From a virus (Duplodnaviria > Heunggongvirae > Uroviricota > Caudoviricetes), in IMG/VR virus record IMGVR_UViG_3300010356_003454, positions 72,820 to 136,819 of that record: a DNA stretch of 64,000 bases; one strand, 5' to 3'. The notes below the pieces were generated by a model. It made no database searches. It saw nothing but the letters and a program-made list of their open reading frames with translations, and had not been told where the DNA came from. Below, one piece after another: positions 47,948-55,970 of the stretch. The first letter of the stretch is position 1; the number at the start of each line of letters is the position of its first letter. A program made the translations under genes and the position numbers.

Positions 47948-48571
47948 ATGAAATTAGTAGCAGAATCACTTAAGGAATTCTTAGGAATTAATAGGCTGGA
48001 CGAATTTGAGAGATCCGGAGATCCTCATAAGACTATGGGTATAGGACTCGAACCAGTTATTAAAGACTGGATGAGAAAGAATACTCATTATAATGTTGAT
48101 GAGAAGCCAGCCGAATACTCATGGAGAAAACCTCCTACAGTCTACAGTCTCTTATGGCTTTCTGTGAAGCATAATCATCCGCAGTGGGTTAAAGCTCTTT
48201 TGCAAAAGGGATATGATCCTAATGAGAACGGTGGTGCTGCTCTAAGATGGGCTTGCGGTCTTGGTTATAAAGATATAGTAGGTCTCCTTCTTGATGCTGG
48301 AGCTGATCCAGATGCTAAAGGACCAAGCGGTCCTCAGGAGGCTTATGAATGGGCAAGGCGAGAAGGTCATAGAGATATTATTAAAATGCTGGATATGAGT
48401 AAGGCGGGATATACTTTTACAGATAAAGGTCCGGATTTTGAACTACCAGAAGAGCCAGAAGAAGAGTCTAAAAAGACCCCCGAAGCTCCTCCCGTTCCGG
48501 CTAAGCCCGTAGAGCGACCCGAAGAGGAAGAGGAAGAGGAAGAGGAAGAAGAAAAAGGAGGCTGGTTTTAA
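47948..48571 (+). CDS. MKLVAESL/FERSGDP-leader ankyrin-repeat protein
   Basis: Leader MKLVAESLKEF...FERSGDPHKTMGIGL. Ankyrin repeats (NGGAALRWACGLGYKDIVGLLLDAGADPDAKG). C-terminal poly-E tail. Confidence 0.55.
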   Translation: MKLVAESLKEFLGINRLDEFERSGDPHKTMGIGLEPVIKDWMRKNTHYNVDEKPAEYSWRKPPTVYSLLWLSVKHNHPQWVKALLQKGYDPNENGGAALRWACGLGYKDIVGLLLDAGADPDAKGPSGPQEAYEWARREGHRDIIKMLDMSKAGYTFTDKGPDFELPEEPEEESKKTPEAPPVPAKPVERPEEEEEEEEEEEKGGWF

Positions 48572-49455
48572 TGAAGGCTATGAGAGTCATAGAATCGGTA
48601 GAATTTCAGAGAGGAGCAGATCCATATACTTCTTTAGGTATAGGAAAGTCTACTCAAAGGGATTTTTCTGGTGGTAAAGAACTCATAGAATGGGCTTATA
48701 ATTTTCCTGCAGTATGGTCTAAGGGGGAGATCCCGGAATGGAATGATTCTGATTACATAATTAGAAAACCATTCGGCGGATACCTCGAAGAAGTCTATAT
48801 ACAGAGAATGAGGAATATAAAGCTTATAGTAATAAAATGGATTAAAGATAATATTACTATTAATGGAGAGCCTTTAAGCCTTAAAGAAGCTATGAATATG
48901 TTTGAAGAAATTCAGAAGTTCGTTATTAAGAATCTAGAAAGGGAACGGGGAATTAGAGAGAGCATAGATTTTCATAAAGGAGGTAATCCGCTGGATACGC
49001 TAGAGGTTGGCAGAATAGAGGAAAGAAAGGATGCAGCATATAGATCTTTTATGGATTGGCTTTCTACATACTCATTTAAGGAGGCAGATGTTATTGAAGA
49101 GACTTATGATCAACCTTATGGATTCTTTGGTGATGATGAAAAGGAGGCTTTGATATTTAATGGATTAACTGTTGATGAAGTTTCTAAGAAAACTCCAGAA
49201 GAAATGGAGAGATATTTCAAAATTGTAGAAGAGGTTTTCGGCCTCACTTTTTGGGCCGCTGAAATAGCTAAATTGGAATATGAAGAATATAAAACTATGC
49301 CAGAGGAGGATAAAGAGGAGCTGGAGCAAAAGATAGAAGATGATTTTGGAACATATAATTTTTTGGAATATCTTGTAAAGTATTTCATTAATAAATGGCC
49401 AGGAAAGGTAAAAATAAAAGATCCATATGAGAGCAAAAAGCGTAAACGAAGCTAA
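48571..49455 (+). CDS. FERG-leader protein with two modules
   Basis: N-terminal MKAMRVIESVEFQRGADPYTSLGIGK. Internal IDFHKGGNPLDTLEVGR. Confidence 0.5.
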   Translation: MKAMRVIESVEFQRGADPYTSLGIGKSTQRDFSGGKELIEWAYNFPAVWSKGEIPEWNDSDYIIRKPFGGYLEEVYIQRMRNIKLIVIKWIKDNITINGEPLSLKEAMNMFEEIQKFVIKNLERERGIRESIDFHKGGNPLDTLEVGRIEERKDAAYRSFMDWLSTYSFKEADVIEETYDQPYGFFGDDEKEALIFNGLTVDEVSKKTPEEMERYFKIVEEVFGLTFWAAEIAKLEYEEYKTMPEEDKEELEQKIEDDFGTYNFLEYLVKYFINKWPGKVKIKDPYESKKRKRS

Positions 49456-49744
49456 TTTCGAGAAGGGACAAGATCCTAAGGATGCTCTGGGTATTGGAGT
49501 TGGCGAAAAACTCCGAATGGAGGGTATAGATGCTCTTACTCATTTCCTATATTATGCTAATGCAAAGGATATGATAAAAAAAGTCTGGAATGACTGGGAT
49601 CATATGTGGGATAAGCTAAAGAACAAAGTCGGGGATGGATATATGGATCCGAATGCTCTTATGAGTTTTATAAGAGATTTAGATGTGGAGAATCAGAAAA
49701 AGCTATATGATTATATTATAAAGAACCATTCGAATAAATGGTAA
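49427..49744 (+). CDS. MRAK/FERG-leader family protein
   Basis: MRAKSVNEANFEKGQDPKDALGIGV. Confidence 0.55.
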   Translation: MRAKSVNEANFEKGQDPKDALGIGVGEKLRMEGIDALTHFLYYANAKDMIKKVWNDWDHMWDKLKNKVGDGYMDPNALMSFIRDLDVENQKKLYDYIIKNHSNKW

Positions 49745-49773
49745 TTTTTTCTTAAATTTTAACGAAATTCCAG

Positions 49774-49802
49774 CCGTAATATTTTTTTATTACGGTTTTT
49801 TT
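49774..49802 (+). terminator. rho-independent terminator in a conserved module
   Basis: ccgtaata/tattacgg perfect 8-bp stem followed by a 7-T run, then TTGTTTATATTAGC and GTAATTAAAA. Preceded by AATTTTTTCTTAAATTTTAACG. Confidence 0.55.
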
Positions 49803-49835
49803 GTTTATATTAGCTCTGTAATTAAAATTAATTTT

Positions 49836-50432
49836 ATGCCACAAGGAGATCTGGTCAGTGTTTATAATATTAAGGATACCGAAATTTACGAAGATAATAA
49901 CTGGGACCTTAATGAGGGGTTTAATGATAGGGACTGCAATTTCTACGAGAAGAAAGAGGAGAAGGGTATAAGACCTAATCGCGATAAGGACGGGAAAATT
50001 CCGTTGAATCTTGGATGCGGAGTTCGAATGAGAGATAAGTATGGACAATTCCTCTATACTGATAAAGAGAAAGCTGAAGGATATGATCGGGAGGTAACTC
50101 TCAACGTCACTTCATGGATTGGTACATCTCCTGGAGCTATTCACTATTATGGAAATATGCATTTCAGAACTTGCACTGTTCATCCAGAGGGCCAGCCAAC
50201 TTGCTCTACCTCTTGCTGGGATATTCCTCTATTTGGATCTGGAAATATTCAGCTTACCAGAGAACTCGAAGCTTGGGAGTTTAAGAGGTATCCCAAGACT
50301 TATGACGGCTGGTATCCTGGAGATAGCTATTCCGGATTCTATACCCCGGAGGATGTTATAGCCAGAGGTAAACAGGTCTTTAAAGATCTCTTCGGAAAGG
50401 GATGGAAACTTAAAATTGATCGAAGGTATTAA
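49836..50432 (+). CDS. Cys-containing hypothetical protein
   Basis: ORF downstream of a module. Confidence 0.4.
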   Translation: MPQGDLVSVYNIKDTEIYEDNNWDLNEGFNDRDCNFYEKKEEKGIRPNRDKDGKIPLNLGCGVRMRDKYGQFLYTDKEKAEGYDREVTLNVTSWIGTSPGAIHYYGNMHFRTCTVHPEGQPTCSTSCWDIPLFGSGNIQLTRELEAWEFKRYPKTYDGWYPGDSYSGFYTPEDVIARGKQVFKDLFGKGWKLKIDRRY

Positions 50433-50441
50433 ATTTATCCC

Positions 50442-50480
50442 AAAATATTTTTTTATCTCGGAAAGATTCATTATATTAGC
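50442..50480 (+). promoter_or_regulatory. conserved intergenic module copy
   Basis: AAAATATTTTTTTATCTCGGAAAGATTCATTATATTAGC, 17 nt before the ATG at 50497. Confidence 0.35.
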
Positions 50481-50496
50481 ATATAAATTATCACCA

Positions 50497-50733
50497 ATGG
50501 CAGCTAAGATAGACTTAACCACAAAAAAGAGATTTCTGGAAATTCCAGAAAGAAAGAGATTTGGCTGGTCTCCCTATATGCAGGAAATTCTTAAAATCCA
50601 GTTTCCCCGTAATGCTGTTAAAGTAATGGCGCAGAAATCTGTTATTAGGGGAAAAAAATTATGCCTCTTTGGGAAGTTCATTTGGGATTATCAGATCGAA
50701 GTTGTTGATTACAAAGAATTTGTAAGGGAATAA
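50497..50733 (+). CDS. hypothetical protein
   Basis: ATG at 50497 downstream of the module. The tracked ORF begins earlier inside the module. Confidence 0.3.
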   Translation: MAAKIDLTTKKRFLEIPERKRFGWSPYMQEILKIQFPRNAVKVMAQKSVIRGKKLCLFGKFIWDYQIEVVDYKEFVRE

Positions 50734-50798
50734 TGGAAAAAAATCTTATCATAGTAAGGGGTTTGCCGGGCTCAGGATTTGGATATATAAAATAAAAA

Positions 50799-51617
50799 AT
50801 GCTTAAAAGAAATTGTCCATATTGTGATGCTGAAATTAAATATAGGAATGAAAAATCCTATAAATTTGCTATTAAGAATGAATCTGTTTGCAGGAGCTGC
50901 TCCGGGAAAATCAATACGTGGAATATTAGATTAAAGAACGGGGAAGCTAAAAATCCTTTTTTAGATAAAAACCACTCTAAAGAAGCTATTCAAAAAATGA
51001 GAGATTCACGGGCATCCAGGTCTGAAAAATATAAAACAGATGAATTTAGAAAAAATGTTTCTAAAGTAACTTCCGGAGAAAGAAATCCAATGTATGGAAA
51101 GAATTTAATGGATACTTGGATAGAAAAATATGGATTAGAAGAAGCATTAAAAAAGGAGAAAAGACGGAAACAAAAATTATCAAAAGCTTTTTCGGGGGAT
51201 AAAAATCCAATGTACGGTAGGGAAACCCCTAAAAAATCAGGTAAAGGAATTTCTGGCTGGTATGGAAGTTTTTATTTTAGAAGTTTGCATGAATTGAAAT
51301 TCATAATTTCCTGCGAACGATTCGGGTTAGAAATTTTATCTGCGGAGGACTTAAAAATACCATATAAAAATTATGATGGAACGGATAGAACATATTCTCC
51401 AGACTTTATTGTAGATAATAATTTTTTAGTTGAGGTCAAACCAAAAAAACTTTTCAAAACACCCTCTAATTTATTGAAATTTGATTCCGCAAAAAAATAC
51501 GCTTTAGAAAATAATTTAATCTTTAAAGTATTGGATTTTGGAATAATACTCAAAGATGAACTTAATAGATTGATAGAGTCGCAAGCAGTAAAATTAAATG
51601 TTGAATATGACTTATAA
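50799..51617 (+). CDS. putative homing-endonuclease-like nuclease (Zn finger + NUMOD3 repeats + C-terminal PD-(D/E)xK-like)
   Basis: CPYCD...CRSCSG Zn finger. Repeated NPMYGK/NPMYGR (NUMOD3). C-terminal SPDFIVDNNFLVEVK is PD...ExK-like. Confidence 0.4.
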   Translation: MLKRNCPYCDAEIKYRNEKSYKFAIKNESVCRSCSGKINTWNIRLKNGEAKNPFLDKNHSKEAIQKMRDSRASRSEKYKTDEFRKNVSKVTSGERNPMYGKNLMDTWIEKYGLEEALKKEKRRKQKLSKAFSGDKNPMYGRETPKKSGKGISGWYGSFYFRSLHELKFIISCERFGLEILSAEDLKIPYKNYDGTDRTYSPDFIVDNNFLVEVKPKKLFKTPSNLLKFDSAKKYALENNLIFKVLDFGIILKDELNRLIESQAVKLNVEYDL

Positions 51618-52032
51618 AAATGAAAATGGATCCCGCGAAAGATCTTTGATCATCGTTCGCGGGATCCCGTAACTGGGTTCGGGAAAAAGTACCTTTGCTA
51701 AGCTATTAGGTCGTGCAGTCTGTACCGCAGATGATTTTCATACTGATCGAGACGGAAATTATAACTGGAAGCCTGAAAATGTTGGCAGAGCTCATGAGTG
51801 GTGTAAGCGTAAGTGCAAGAGATTTATGAAGGCCGGAATTGAGACCATAATTATAGCTAACACTTCAACGACTGAGGATGAAATACGTCCATATATAATG
51901 ATAGCTAAAAATCATGGATATAGAGTGTTTTCGATTGTTGTTGAGAATAGACACGGGGGAGTAAATGAACACAATGTTCCTGAGGCCACTCTGGAAAAAA
52001 TGAAGAATAGATTTTCAATAAAACTGATATAA
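51607..52032 (+). pseudogene. polynucleotide-kinase-like P-loop kinase (AAA_33/Pnk-type) interrupted by in-frame TAA within the Walker A motif
   Basis: The reading frame gives ...SLIIVRGIP-TAA-LGSGKSTFAKLLGRAV...DDFHTDRDG...; the canonical form is hhhhRGxPGSGKST. The interruption behaves as a 6-nt insertion (TAACTG). The only ATG-initiated piece in the track (51826-52032) is the C-terminal third. Confidence 0.45.
51628..51667 (+). repeat. perfect 12-bp GC-rich inverted repeat (GGATCCCGCGAA / TTCGCGGGATCC) with 16-nt loop
   Basis: Arms at 51628-51639 and 51656-51667. The loop contains a TTG that could serve as a start codon (51646). An in-frame TAA follows 3 nt after the right arm. Confidence 0.7.
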
Positions 52033-52045
52033 AAATAATCTAAAA

Positions 52046-52261
52046 TTGATGGAAATGAAAAATAACACTTTTGTTCAGGAGAATGGAATGGTAATTGAAG
52101 AAGGGAAAAGATACAGATCTCTTGTTAGAGACCTTGTTTGGGTGAAGGAGATAAATCTTGAAAAGAACGAAATGCATTGTTACAATATTTCAGAATCCTG
52201 CAATTCCTGGCATAGGATATCTTCAGCTATTAAAGATAATAAATTCCGCAGTCAGGTATAA
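52046..52261 (+). CDS. hypothetical protein
   Basis: ORF. Confidence 0.3.
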   Translation: MMEMKNNTFVQENGMVIEEGKRYRSLVRDLVWVKEINLEKNEMHCYNISESCNSWHRISSAIKDNKFRSQV

Positions 52262-52263
52262 AA

Positions 52264-52803
52264 ATGAGTACAAAGATTTATAATGCATATTTATGGGATG
52301 GCACAGTTGAAGAACTGATGTCATTCCTTAAAGAGCTTCGAAAAAAGTATGCAGAAGAGGCAACTCTTCATCTTGTTCAATTTTCTGGATGGCTTAAGCA
52401 TAAGGAGGAGGAATATAAATCTGAAGGAAAATACTTCAGCCTTTCGATATATCTCAGGAGTTGCATAAATGCAGGACTTAATGAACCGGATAATCTTGAT
52501 GCTTCGGCTGCAGTGTATTTTCATCGCGGAAAAATTGCTCTTCAATTTTTTGGTTTTGAACTATTCTCTAGAGATGGTAAAAGACCTATGATGGAGCTGC
52601 TTCGTAGCGAGCCCAAACTCATCGAGTATGATTTCTGGAATAATGTTGATCAGCCGGAAGAACTAACAGAGGAACAATGGGACGATAGAAAAGACTTCTG
52701 GGATTTTCTTCAAGTTCCCTGCGAGGACGGTCTCATTTACGAATTCTCCTCACGAAATACACTATGGGAAATTATAAGCAACTATAGAGAAAAAACTCGG
52801 TAA
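52264..52803 (+). CDS. hypothetical protein
   Basis: ORF. Confidence 0.35.
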   Translation: MSTKIYNAYLWDGTVEELMSFLKELRKKYAEEATLHLVQFSGWLKHKEEEYKSEGKYFSLSIYLRSCINAGLNEPDNLDASAAVYFHRGKIALQFFGFELFSRDGKRPMMELLRSEPKLIEYDFWNNVDQPEELTEEQWDDRKDFWDFLQVPCEDGLIYEFSSRNTLWEIISNYREKTR

Positions 52804-52857
52804 GCATCATTGTAATTGCGAAAGATTTATTATATTTGAACATTAATATATGAAGCT

Positions 52858-53049
52858 ATGGTAAAGTTCTTAGTAAATATTCTCTCCTGGGTGCTTCTGC
52901 TTGCCGCCCTTGTATTTTTCATAGGTATCTTCTACTTCGTGATCGAGAAAGATTCCGATAATGCTTTTATTTGCGTCCTTTTAGGATGGACCAGCTACTT
53001 TTTAGGCTGGGGAGCTAGAAATTATTATCTCTTACTTAAAAACAAGTAA
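52858..53049 (+). CDS. small two-TM membrane protein (holin-like topology)
   Basis: 63 aa. Two TM helices. Charged C-terminus. Confidence 0.3.
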   Translation: MVKFLVNILSWVLLLAALVFFIGIFYFVIEKDSDNAFICVLLGWTSYFLGWGARNYYLLLKNK

Positions 53050-53050
53050 T

Positions 53051-53308
53051 ATGAATAACGATCTTAAAAAACTTTCTGACCACGAGATCAAGATACGAAA
53101 AGATGATCTCATCAGGGCTGAATCCGGTATCAAAATTCTTCTTGCCGAAAAAAGGGCTGTTTATAACAAGAAGATACAGAAGAGGTGGACGAATCCTGTT
53201 AAAATACTGGATCTCAAGAGGGAAATGGATGATCTGGAAAAGGCACTCTACTTGCTTAATGAATATTCCCGGACATTGACCGATGAAAGTAATTCCAGGA
53301 TGAAATAA
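53051..53308 (+). CDS. hypothetical coiled-coil protein
   Basis: ORF. Confidence 0.3.
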   Translation: MNNDLKKLSDHEIKIRKDDLIRAESGIKILLAEKRAVYNKKIQKRWTNPVKILDLKREMDDLEKALYLLNEYSRTLTDESNSRMK

Positions 53309-53357
53309 TCACAAAACTCTTAACAATATTTTAACTATAAATTCTAAATAGAAAGAA

Positions 53358-53987
53358 ATGTCAGACGAACAAACTCCCATCCAGAAGCTCTACTCAGATC
53401 CCAAAGCTAAAGGATTCGTTAATCACTTAATTGGAGCTTATCTCCCTATCCATAAAATCGAAAAGGTCTGGAACTTTAAATCCACTCAAAAACATCGCTG
53501 TAATGTCTGCGGCCAGAAGCTCTTCGATATTCAGACCGTTTGGGATAACATGCACAAAAATGATGAGAAGCTCCGGGCAGAATTCATGCCTCATCTTCAA
53601 AAACAGCTGGCAGGGGAAGAGACCAAACTCGAAGAGCATCCCATGTATAAGTATGTTACCCAGGGAGCGGTCCAGGCCTGGACTGGTAAGAAAACTGATA
53701 CCTGTCTCTGCAACAAATGTATTTCAGATCTTCTTGATATGGTCCAGACTGGCCTTTTAATGGATGATAAAAATATTGTTTGGCTTATCAACAAAATGAG
53801 AAGATCGGAAGTATTTGATGTATTCAAGGCCAGCGAAAAACTAACACCCACCGATAAAGAAGAGGTGGAACGAATAGAGAAAAAAGTCGAGAGATCGCCA
53901 GATAAGAAAGTTGCTACGTTTGGCGACCTTGAAGTCTTACAGCAACTTAAAGCAAAAATGGAGGCTGAAGAAAATGGCAAAGAATAA
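53358..53987 (+). CDS. Cys-rich (Zn-binding-like) hypothetical protein
   Basis: CNVCGQK and CLCNKC pairs. Confidence 0.4.
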   Translation: MSDEQTPIQKLYSDPKAKGFVNHLIGAYLPIHKIEKVWNFKSTQKHRCNVCGQKLFDIQTVWDNMHKNDEKLRAEFMPHLQKQLAGEETKLEEHPMYKYVTQGAVQAWTGKKTDTCLCNKCISDLLDMVQTGLLMDDKNIVWLINKMRRSEVFDVFKASEKLTPTDKEEVERIEKKVERSPDKKVATFGDLEVLQQLKAKMEAEENGKE

Positions 53988-54204
53988 AGAAGAAATTAGG
54001 GTTGTCAGAAAGATCCGAAGGATTGAATTCTGGTATAAGGACGAATTCTATGTCTATGAATTCCGAAGTGAGAACAACACCGGGTACTCTTTCATCTGGA
54101 AGAATGGGGCAAGGATATATGGACCTATGATAAATCACTCTACAGAGGAGGGGATTGAGGTCTATAATGCGATCCAGCCTAAAATCGTAAATAAGGAAAT
54201 TTGA
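53974..54204 (+). CDS. hypothetical protein
   Basis: ATG at 53974 overlaps the upstream gene end. Confidence 0.3.
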   Translation: MAKNKEEIRVVRKIRRIEFWYKDEFYVYEFRSENNTGYSFIWKNGARIYGPMINHSTEEGIEVYNAIQPKIVNKEI

Positions 54205-54293
54205 TTTTTAACAAACTTTTAACGCTTAAAATTTTTTTAAAATTTAACTTTTTCTTATATTAAGGTGTAATAAATATAGAGAAATTACCTAAC

Positions 54294-55004
54294 ATGAAAA
54301 TAATACTTAATACTCAGAGCTCAGAATTACTTAATTATTTTATAAGGGCTTCGAAGAATTCTGCATCAGGACCAGAGAGTAAAAGAGCAGAAATCCAAGG
54401 ATCTAGAGTCGAATCCGGCCTTTTTGATCATATAGGAGTTCCTTCCGTTGATGCATATCTTATAGAAGTTCCGACATCTTATTCTAAAAGGGCCGTTGAC
54501 TTTATCAAAAAGAAAACTCCTTATGTTCCCGTAATTCTGTTTGGCTCGCCTGAATCCCTGATTGAGGTTTCCGGTGCAGATATTTACATTCCACTTTGCA
54601 ATTATTCAGAAGAATTCTTTGCAAGTTTCTACCAGTTAGCTATTTGGAATGCTTCGAATTATATTCGTAATTTCGAAAAGCTTCGTAAATTAACCACGAA
54701 GATGAGTGATGTTATCGAATTCAATAATTGTAAGTATGATCCTACCCGCAGGACTCTATTCTATAAAGGGAGCGAGTTAAAGAGGCTATCGGCTAAAGAG
54801 GGCGGAATTATAGAAGTTCTTGCTTCTAATTTTGGGGAGGTGGTTAAGAAAGAAATCATCTTGGAGAAGGTATGGCATAAATCAGACTATTTCTCCGGTC
54901 GCTCAATGGATGTCTATGTCACGCATCTAAGGACCTTATTTAAGGAGAACGATGTTGATGTTAATATAAAGAATATCTCCGGTGTTGGACTAATACTTGA
55001 ATAA
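54294..55004 (+). CDS. OmpR/PhoB-type winged-helix transcriptional regulator-like protein
   Basis: The C-terminal LKRLSAKEGGIIEVLASNFGEVVKKEIILEKVWHKSDYFSGRSMDVYVTHLRTLFKE matches the trans_reg_C winged-helix pattern. The N-terminal region is not clearly a receiver domain. Confidence 0.5.
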   Translation: MKIILNTQSSELLNYFIRASKNSASGPESKRAEIQGSRVESGLFDHIGVPSVDAYLIEVPTSYSKRAVDFIKKKTPYVPVILFGSPESLIEVSGADIYIPLCNYSEEFFASFYQLAIWNASNYIRNFEKLRKLTTKMSDVIEFNNCKYDPTRRTLFYKGSELKRLSAKEGGIIEVLASNFGEVVKKEIILEKVWHKSDYFSGRSMDVYVTHLRTLFKENDVDVNIKNISGVGLILE

Positions 55005-55257
55005 TATGAGTGTTTTTCGAAAATTTCAGAATACCCGAATCGATCTGGAAAAAGTTATGGTCTATAGGCCATATACAAATTCCGTCAGAAGAGAAGATGC
55101 ATGGGATAAAATAATTTTCTATACTTCTCGATATCCCGAATGTTTTGAGGTCTATTATAATAGTGTTGAGGAAAGGGAGATTCTTTTGAAGGACCTTAAA
55201 TTTTTAGATGATTACTTTGCGATAAAATCTCCGGAGGAAGAGCGAATATTGCCATAA
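54997..55257 (+). CDS. hypothetical protein
   Basis: ORF. Confidence 0.3.
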   Translation: MNNMSVFRKFQNTRIDLEKVMVYRPYTNSVRREDAWDKIIFYTSRYPECFEVYYNSVEEREILLKDLKFLDDYFAIKSPEEERILP

Positions 55258-55359
55258 ATCTAACGTTTTTTAACGTTTCATAAGTCATTTAGATCCTCAA
55301 ATATTTTTTTATTTGGGGATTTTTTCTTACATTTACTTAGTAATTAAAACTATAAGACA

Positions 55360-55962
55360 ATGAAACGCTTAATTATCCTCTGGACACTCTTACTTCTCCC
55401 GCTTTTTGCAGGTGCCCAGTTTTCGATAGATTCCGTAGGCTTTCAGGTTTATCGGGCTGATATCTATCAGGGGCAGGATACAGAAGAAGGCTTTTTCGCT
55501 AACAAGAGGAATTCTTACAATGTAGACGTTTTAGTCTATATTGAAGATGGCAAGATGACAAATAAGAATATGAGGGGTCAGCTTAAGTCTATGAGATTTC
55601 AAAAAGAGCCCAAGTATTTTTCTAACCTGGCTGAAGGAGTCCCTGGATATGAAATAGAGAGTAAAGACTTTGGAGGGTTCAATTGCGTTATCAGCATATT
55701 TTATCTTCAGGAGTCAAACTCATATAGGATTAGAATGGATTATTCAAATCTTCGAATCTTTTTATATGCTAATCCTACAAATGAAAGACCTTGGGATGAT
55801 CAAACAGATTTAATGCTGGTAAAAGATGCTCAGTCCTGGCCTAATGATCCTGATTATACGGATGAAGAAGTTATAGAGTATTTTAAAAAGCTGATGAACG
55901 GAGACGAGGTTTCAAAGGCTATTGCTAAAGCTCTTATTTTTGATGCAGTAAACGAATTTTAA
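55360..55962 (+). CDS. secreted hypothetical protein
   Basis: Signal peptide MKRLIILWTLLLLPLFAGAQ. Confidence 0.35.
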   Translation: MKRLIILWTLLLLPLFAGAQFSIDSVGFQVYRADIYQGQDTEEGFFANKRNSYNVDVLVYIEDGKMTNKNMRGQLKSMRFQKEPKYFSNLAEGVPGYEIESKDFGGFNCVISIFYLQESNSYRIRMDYSNLRIFLYANPTNERPWDDQTDLMLVKDAQSWPNDPDYTDEEVIEYFKKLMNGDEVSKAIAKALIFDAVNEF

Positions 55963-55970
55963 AAAAGAAT

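Noticed and set aside
2605-49744. The FERG box as a purely nucleotide-level signal (GAAAGAGG resembles a Shine-Dalgarno sequence)
   Set aside because: Copies differ at synonymous positions, and the box also occurs deep inside ORFs as a peptide. Conservation is best explained at the protein level, although an auxiliary translational effect cannot be excluded.
51670-51672. Alternative genetic code (TAA reassigned) as an explanation for the in-frame stop in the kinase gene
   Set aside because: TAA, TGA and TAG all terminate clearly delimited genes throughout the window (TAA at 445, 2527, 10684, 25183 and elsewhere). Global stop-codon reassignment is therefore not supported. A local event or a pseudogene is more likely.
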